The notes under the pieces: generated by a model | Told to the model about the DNA's origin: nothing | Database searches by the model: none | What the model saw: the letters and a program-made list of their open reading frames with translations, nothing else | Part shown: positions 33,045 to 39,605 of the stretch, piece by piece | Numbering within the stretch: the stretch's first letter is position 1 | Layout: the number at the start of each line of letters is the position of its first letter | DNA from: Nemertoderma westbladi | Lineage: Eukaryota; Animalia; Xenacoelomorpha | Direction of reading: 5' to 3' | Assembly (NCBI GenBank): GCA_032718475.1 | Contig: JAUCBJ010007737.1 | Coordinates: 1 to 39,605, forward strand | Length of the DNA: 39,605 nucleotides | Translations under genes and position numbers: made by a program

Positions 33045-35135
33045 TGTAGTATAAATAGTTCGTGGGAGTAAGTAAGGGAACTAGATGGCTCGCCCCAATG
33101 GAGAATGGGGGAGAGAATGGGCAGACTGGACCGGTAAGCGAGGGCAGACTGGTGATGGGTTGTGGGGAGGATTTACCGGTTGGACTATGCTCTATTGTTT
33201 TGTTAACTTTGCGATCATACCGTAATGAGTTGTACGTTTTGTTGAGTTATTGAATAATATAATAATATCGGTGGTGCACTAAGCTAACCGGGCGTTAACT
33301 AAAGTATGGCACCGAAGCTATCGGACTATGTTAAAAATTATGTTGGATCCATTGAGCCGTGCGCTTGGCTACAAACATTTGAAGATACTTGAGTTCTTGA
33401 AGTTGAATCGAACCTAAAACCTGAATCTAAGGCCACGTATTTGAGACTGTCGTTAGAAGGGCCAGCCTACACGGTAGTATCGCAACTCCCGGAGGAATCA
33501 ACGGGAAATTACGATGAAGTAAAGAAGGCTCTCATTGTAGCATTCGATATAAACGCATACTCCGCTTACGAACAACCCGGTGAAACCCGGTGAAGCCATT
33601 GATACATTCTTGGCCGACTTGAAACGGTTGCTATTCCTAATAATGGAGGGTGATGCTGATGACATCAGTGGAAATTATGCCCAGTCTATGCTGGCGGCTC
33701 AGTTTGTTAGTGGACTGCCAGAGTCAATCCAGGGGGAAACGAAGGCCCTTGCTGGATCACTAAACCTCGATGAGCTACTATCACAATCAAGACGACTTAT
33801 CTCCGAGAGTGCAGGAAAAATGAACAGCTGGGATAGCAAGGTGGGCGCGAGCAGTTCGGTGCTGCCGGATTCGGATTCCACCACCCTAGAAATCGAGACC
33901 GACAGAATCGAGGTGGATTCTCTAGTGGGCGAGGTGGAAGAGGGATTCCTCCGTCGGGATTCAGGGAGAACGAGTATGGACACTGATGAAGAGGCGAAGC
34001 GAGTGGCGACGATGTAGACGGGAGCGACCTTTGCGCCAGTGGACGTTCCCCAAACTATAGCTCTGGCGACTTACCGAATATTCAAATAAACTGCGGTGGG
34101 AAAATTGTCCAGTCACTTGTAGACTCAGGCTGCACGAAGATCATTATGAGCTCTAAATTTATTAGTAATATATCGGGTTCATTTGTTTTTATTGGGGCTC
34201 CTAAAGAGATAATAATGTTAGATGGGACTCGTACAGTAGATATGGGTAGGCAATTTAAAACTACTATACTGTTGAACTGGATTCAGGGCACAAAATTCAA
34301 TGGGTCTTTTCCATTGTACAAAAACTTGTGGGCGGACAGGATGTGATTTTTGGTTGGGACTTGATTAAAAGGGTTGTGGGAATATCATTATGTCAATTAG
34401 ATTACGGAAAATTCGAAGCTTTATTAATAGAAAAGGGTAGGCATACCGGTAATTTACAAAAAATTGCAGCAACAGGCACTAACCCAGAAAACCTAACTGC
34501 CCCAGAAACTCCAAACATTAAAATTGAAAAAACAGACTATTCAGCAAAATTTAATGGTACTTACTGGGAAGCTGAATATAAATTTGAAAAGGGAATTGGT
34601 CCCACGAGACTGACCAATCAAGTAACAGAATACAATATTCCAGACCACTTAAAAAGTAAACATGCCAAGGCCATGAAGGAATGGGTGGAACAAGGTTGGC
34701 TGGTAAAATATAGTGGGGTTGTAAAAGGACTGATTCCGCTCATGGGGAAGCACGAACCTCGTAAAGACAGGTTTCGCCCCATCATGGATTTTCGCGAACT
34801 CAATGAATACATAATTAAGCAGCCAGGTAATGAGGTGGCTGCGAGCAATGATAAACTGCGTAACTATATTCGTATGGGGAACAAAACTGCGATAATTGAC
34901 TTGAAATGGTCCTATATGCAAATCAGAATTGCTGGTGGACTGCATCCATACCAAACAGTAATATATAATGGAAAAAGATATTTAATGACTCGATTGACCT
35001 AAGATTCTTGATGATATTGTTGACGAGACCTGCCGACAAAATAAATGGATTAAAGATGCAACAAGTACGTTCAGGGATGACATTTATGTCGATCTTTCAA
35101 CTGGAGTTACTGTAGATGAGGTTCGCGACCACTTT
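33045..35135 (+). mobile_element. Truncated, degenerate Ty3/gypsy LTR retrotransposon (gag-protease-partial RT)
   Basis: gag from ATG 33306 (AWLQTFE, LRLSLEGPAYTV, YDEVKKAL, PGEAIDTFLADLKRL, QFVSGLP); aspartic protease SLVDSGCT (~34112); RT LIPLM..KDRFRPIMDFRELNEY, IDLKWSYMQI, YQTVIYNGKRY and FRDDIYV (~35070). No RNase H, integrase or 3' LTR. The 5' LTR (33045-~33269, then TGGTGC) is tentative. Confidence 0.9.
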
Positions 35136-35372
35136 TGTTCGCGCTTTCAGACCTTTGGCACAGTAGGCTTGACCGCAAATAAATTTAAGCCCACGAATCC
35201 AGTCTCCCGGTGTTATAAACGGGTCATTTGGACGCGCATGGACTGGCTTCGGCTAATGTTTTTGGTTTGTTTTGTATTAAATCTTATCATCTTACAAAAG
35301 GCAGATTATCAATAAAGACATATAAATTTCGGCAGGTTAAACTGCTGAAGGTCTATAAAAGCGCGTACAATA
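35133..35372. mobile_element. MITE-like element truncating the gypsy
   Basis: TGTTCGCGCTTTCAGACCTTTGGCA at 35136 has a degenerate inverted partner at ~35325-35371 and an identical direct copy at 36096-36120 (preceded by CAG). Confidence 0.5.
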
Positions 35373-35382
35373 GGTATACAAT

Positions 35383-35630
35383 AGGCGAATATTCGACCCA
35401 GTGCACTAAGGGTAATTCGCAAGTGGTCGTCTGGTCGGTTTAGATATACCATATACAGGCACAGGGGTGGTCGGAAGATTTGAATTGGTCGGCAAATTCG
35501 GCTCCATCTATAGTCTACATATAAACTTTTGCGACTTTTAGCGACCCTCCATATAGTCCTTGTAGACCTATGATGATGTAAGCCGACTACTTGCGACTTA
35601 CTCTCAGTTCACTGGGTCGAATAGTCGCCT
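35383..35630. repeat. ~48-bp imperfect inverted repeat enclosing ~150 bp (MITE-like)
   Basis: AGGCGAATATTCGACCCAGTGCACT..CGCAAGTGGTCG versus CGACTACTTGCG..AGTTCACTGGGTCGAATAGTCGCCT. Confidence 0.6.
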
Positions 35631-38600
35631 TTATACATGACCCAAGAGTGGTTGGAACTTGGCCTAACCTAAATACTCCATATGTAAACTAGCCGACTTC
35701 TAGCGATCCTCCATAGGTCACCTGAGTTAGGCTGGTCGGCTTTCATATATAAAGTTAACACATACACAATAATTCAAATAGACATTAAATATATAATTAA
35801 TAGTAAATAGTAATAACTGGCCAACTATTATATTTAGTACGTAGTATACCAATTATCCAATCAAATGCTGTACATGATAAGGAGGGACAGTAATTAGGGT
35901 AGACGCATTGTTATTGGATTGATATAGCCGACCATTGCGTCGATTTCCCCCTGGAGAGGATACAATTTTTCTTACGTCGAAAGTCCCCCCCCCCCCCCTA
36001 TCTGTGTTATGCATATGCAATATCATTGGGTAATGGGAACCAATCGCCTGCATCCTGCCTGCTATACAGTTAATTGATAGTTAGCCAATAAACAGTGTTC
36101 GCGCTTTCAGACCTTTGGCAGTTTAACCCGCCAAATTAGGATGTCTGTTAGATAATAAATCACTTTAGCCGATGACATTTATTTGATTCACTACACTAGT
36201 CGAAACCAATCTGTGCGCGATCATTCACCCGCTGGATAATTCCCGGGAGATTGGGTTCGACGGCTTAATTTTATTGCTATGTAAGCTTAATGTATTATTC
36301 GACTGACAGTATTATATAATCTCTGACAATATTATTCACTTTCGGGGAATATTAACAGTTCCTTTAGGACGTGGCGCTCTATCTATATAAACAGAGTTAT
36401 GACTTAAACTACTCACAACGATATGGCTTAGTTATAATTTACATATATGGCGCATTCTTTAGGAAATGCTTCGTTATCAGTCTCACTCATACACAATGCT
36501 GCACAATACTGCACACTGATCTGCCGATCTTCACTGATTTTAGTTACATATAAAAGGAACACGGACTGACTCATGTAGGGTCTATCAAATAACATTAAAT
36601 TCACTGCAAACCACTTTAACATAAGTCACAATCGTTATCTGTAACCCTTCTCTCTTACCTTCAGTATATCAAGAATATTGGGTTTTCGGGGTTATTTGTC
36701 GTTATTCCAAATATAATAATTCATCAACCATATTATGAAGTACAGACAGCAAATAGCAGTATAACAATATAAAGTATGCACAGTGTTACACAGTATACAG
36801 TGTATGCAGTACTGCAGTATGCATTGATTGCATTGAGTTAGGTTAGTCAAGATAACGGATATATGTCCTTATGATTAAGCCTACTAGTGTACGGCTAAAA
36901 CAGTAAAGCACAAAATACTTCCAAGCCGTTCTTTCTTTGGCTCAGGACTGAATGTAAACACTGCACATAGGCATTGCGTCATTTCTCGGAAATTTTCTGT
37001 ACAAGGAGCCACAAAAACGCTCTAATTGGCTGACTGAACTGAGAGACGCCGTAGAACAAAGGAAATCAACACGTATGAATGTCAGCTGTTAACCGTAGTC
37101 ATAGTAACTACTGTTCAAGAGTAGCTATCACCCCTTTGCGTCACGAATTGCCATAGAATCATAAAATATGCCTTTCACAGTACACATACGGAGGAAATAG
37201 GTCTTAGATCCTCTAAAAACACCGATACAGCAATAATACGGTCTCTTACACTTATTAAATCAACTACAGAGTATTTTAATGTAAAAGATAATAAAAATAA
37301 CGGGGCAATTCAGCAAAGGCTTTTACACCGCTCCCAGAAAATGGGATTTTCAGTCTATAAAATATAAAAATCACAGTTTCTAAAACCTAAAGATACTCTA
37401 AACAGTTAGTCTTTCTTGCGCGGACGGCGTTTACGCAGTTTTTTAAAGCTAGCAAGAGTCCTTTTCTCTTTGGGGGGAACCACTTTACTAGGAGGGCCAT
37501 AACTCCTGGGTGAAGGGTGCAATATGATTGCATTAGAAGGTTTGGGTTTACTGTCGGTGTCTCGTCCATTTCGATATGCTTCTCCTCGAGCTGATTTTCC
37601 TCCGCTTGTCATGGGATATGTTCGTCCAAAACTCTCGCAGAGAATAGGGTTTTCTAAGCTTGATATCTTCTTAGAGATTCGAGATTTCCCAATCGAACCG
37701 AGATAAGGCCAATTCGTTTATCGATTGGACTTACTGTTATAACTTACGTTTATCTGAACAAACGCAGGTTTCCTTTTTGATCTTTATAGAATCACGTTTA
37801 ACTCGTTTCGTACAAAACTCTCCTTCACCTTGATGAAGGGTTGTATCGCGTTAAACGGGGACGACCATACGGTAGGATAGTGATATTAGGTGTCCGCATC
37901 ACAATCCGGCTAGGTAAGATGGGCGGCTAGCTAGAAATCACTGTCGGAGTGTTACCGATTAATTGTTAGGGTAGCACTAGATCTTTGAACAGTGAATACA
38001 GTCCACGAGGATCCGCGACACCACCAGGATCGCAGGTCTGAGGTCCAACTAAGGAATGAGGAGGTTTGATCGAGTATTCCGGGACTCTGATCGTAGGTTT
38101 ACTCCAGGATCGTTCGAGCCGAGTGAGCATAGGTGGTACGTCAAACAAGTTTCGCTCGAAACTCCAGTAAATATAACGAGCACAACTGTGTTTAACACAA
38201 CGTTTCCGTGGATGTTTATGTCTTTCCGTTTATTGGCTGGATCTAGGGCATTTATCGTAATAATACCAAAGACGCACGTCTGGTAGGGGTAACGCGGATG
38301 ATATTTATTTGTTGTTACAATGCTTCTATCAAGAATTCCCAATATATGTTGGAGTTACCGCGTTTATTTGTTTCTTTAATGTCTTTTCTTTCGAGCCGAT
38401 TTCGAATAGAATTTTCGCATTCGAATTTCAGTTTATGGTTCCGACTCCGCTGGGCAGGATATATAGTCGACATAGTCCGTATTGTGTAAATTGATAGAAT
38501 GACCAGTAGTTAAGAAGCCCATATACGTACCATTACGGCTTGTAAAAGTAGAGTATATCGCTCCCCGATACCAAGACCATCTTCTATCAACTCCGTCATT

Positions 38601-39605
38601 TCTGCTATATATGAGTTTATCCACATTATAAGGAGTTTATATTTAGGCGAGCGGGCGTCGCTGCCTACCCCAATCAACCCCCGGACAGGACGAGATCCTC
38701 AGCGCCGATGTGTCGTCGCCGCCGTACTTTCGCCAACGACGTAGCCGCACAACGACAACGACAACTGGCACAAGTCACTCGACTGTCCGTCCCAAAGGCT
38801 TAGATGTACTTCAGGTATTCCTTGGAGAGTTAGGTTACTTTACGATTGCGACTGGCTACTGTAAACACACCTTAGCAGTAACATTCACCTATAAACTCAC
38901 AAATACCACACACACAACTTGTCACAAATTACACACATTCGGGCCATTTGTCCGTTAGTCAATACCTTCCAGAATGTCACTGTATTATTATGTATCCTTG
39001 GATACTAGTAGTGCGCTATTTATTCCCTATGCTATTCAATGGGACAAGCTTTCTATTGTTCTTTTAACTCAATTCTAATTCTAGCGTGGTTGTTGCTATG
39101 GTGACATTATGCAAAGCTAGCGGTAGAATTAGAGTAATTCCAATGCATACAGATCTGGGATGTTATTTAATAGTATTCTTTAATAGTCAATGTTCTGTTT
39201 TATACATGACTTTATGAATTTTATCGGCTATTGACTATGTTTGGGAGACTTTCACACTCTCATACGCATGATAATATAAATCTCCGCTCCCTTGATCTAT
39301 TAATTAATGGAATTTTGGGAATGTTATAAATTGCGTAAAAATGGCAATTTATTAAATTCATTAAAAGGCATGAATTTAAATTTATTCCCTGAAATTTTAT
39401 TATTTGATAATTAAATTGACATATTTTGATTCTAGAACATGTCTAGGGACACAAGATCCTTAATTCTAAGAAAATTGTCTCTTTAAGAATATCGGTAAAT
39501 GCTACGATATCTTAATTGACTAGAATTGTTGAAGGATCTGAATTTTACAGATTTTGACTTATTTGATTTGTAAATATTAACTAATTAATATTTGAGATGG
39601 GCAGC

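Overview
AT-rich, repeat-dense eukaryotic (most likely invertebrate animal) genomic DNA. Two host genes are recognisable: a 3-exon BAP18/C17orf49-like SANT-domain chromatin gene (minus strand, 14788->8871) and a 2-exon polypeptide N-acetylgalactosaminyltransferase (GALNT family, plus strand, 20212-22274). About a third of the window is five minisatellite arrays (23, 30, 57, 46/59 and 32 bp units). The rest is mostly nested transposon relics: piggyBac inside a Helitron-like element, a Helentron-like element, two TATGG..CCATA foldback elements with 6-bp TSDs (IS3EU-type), two tiny CA..TG palindromic insertions, RTE-like and CRE-like non-LTR fragments, and a truncated Ty3/gypsy. The most striking observation is that the ~4.5-kb array in BAP18 intron 2 is about 150 tandem copies of the exon2/intron2 junction itself (11 nt exon + 19 nt intron). 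The gene therefore carries ~150 near-identical 5' splice sites, and use of any but the first would introduce an in-frame stop. All calls were made by eye without database searches; family names rest on recalled motifs and copy numbers are estimates from length.
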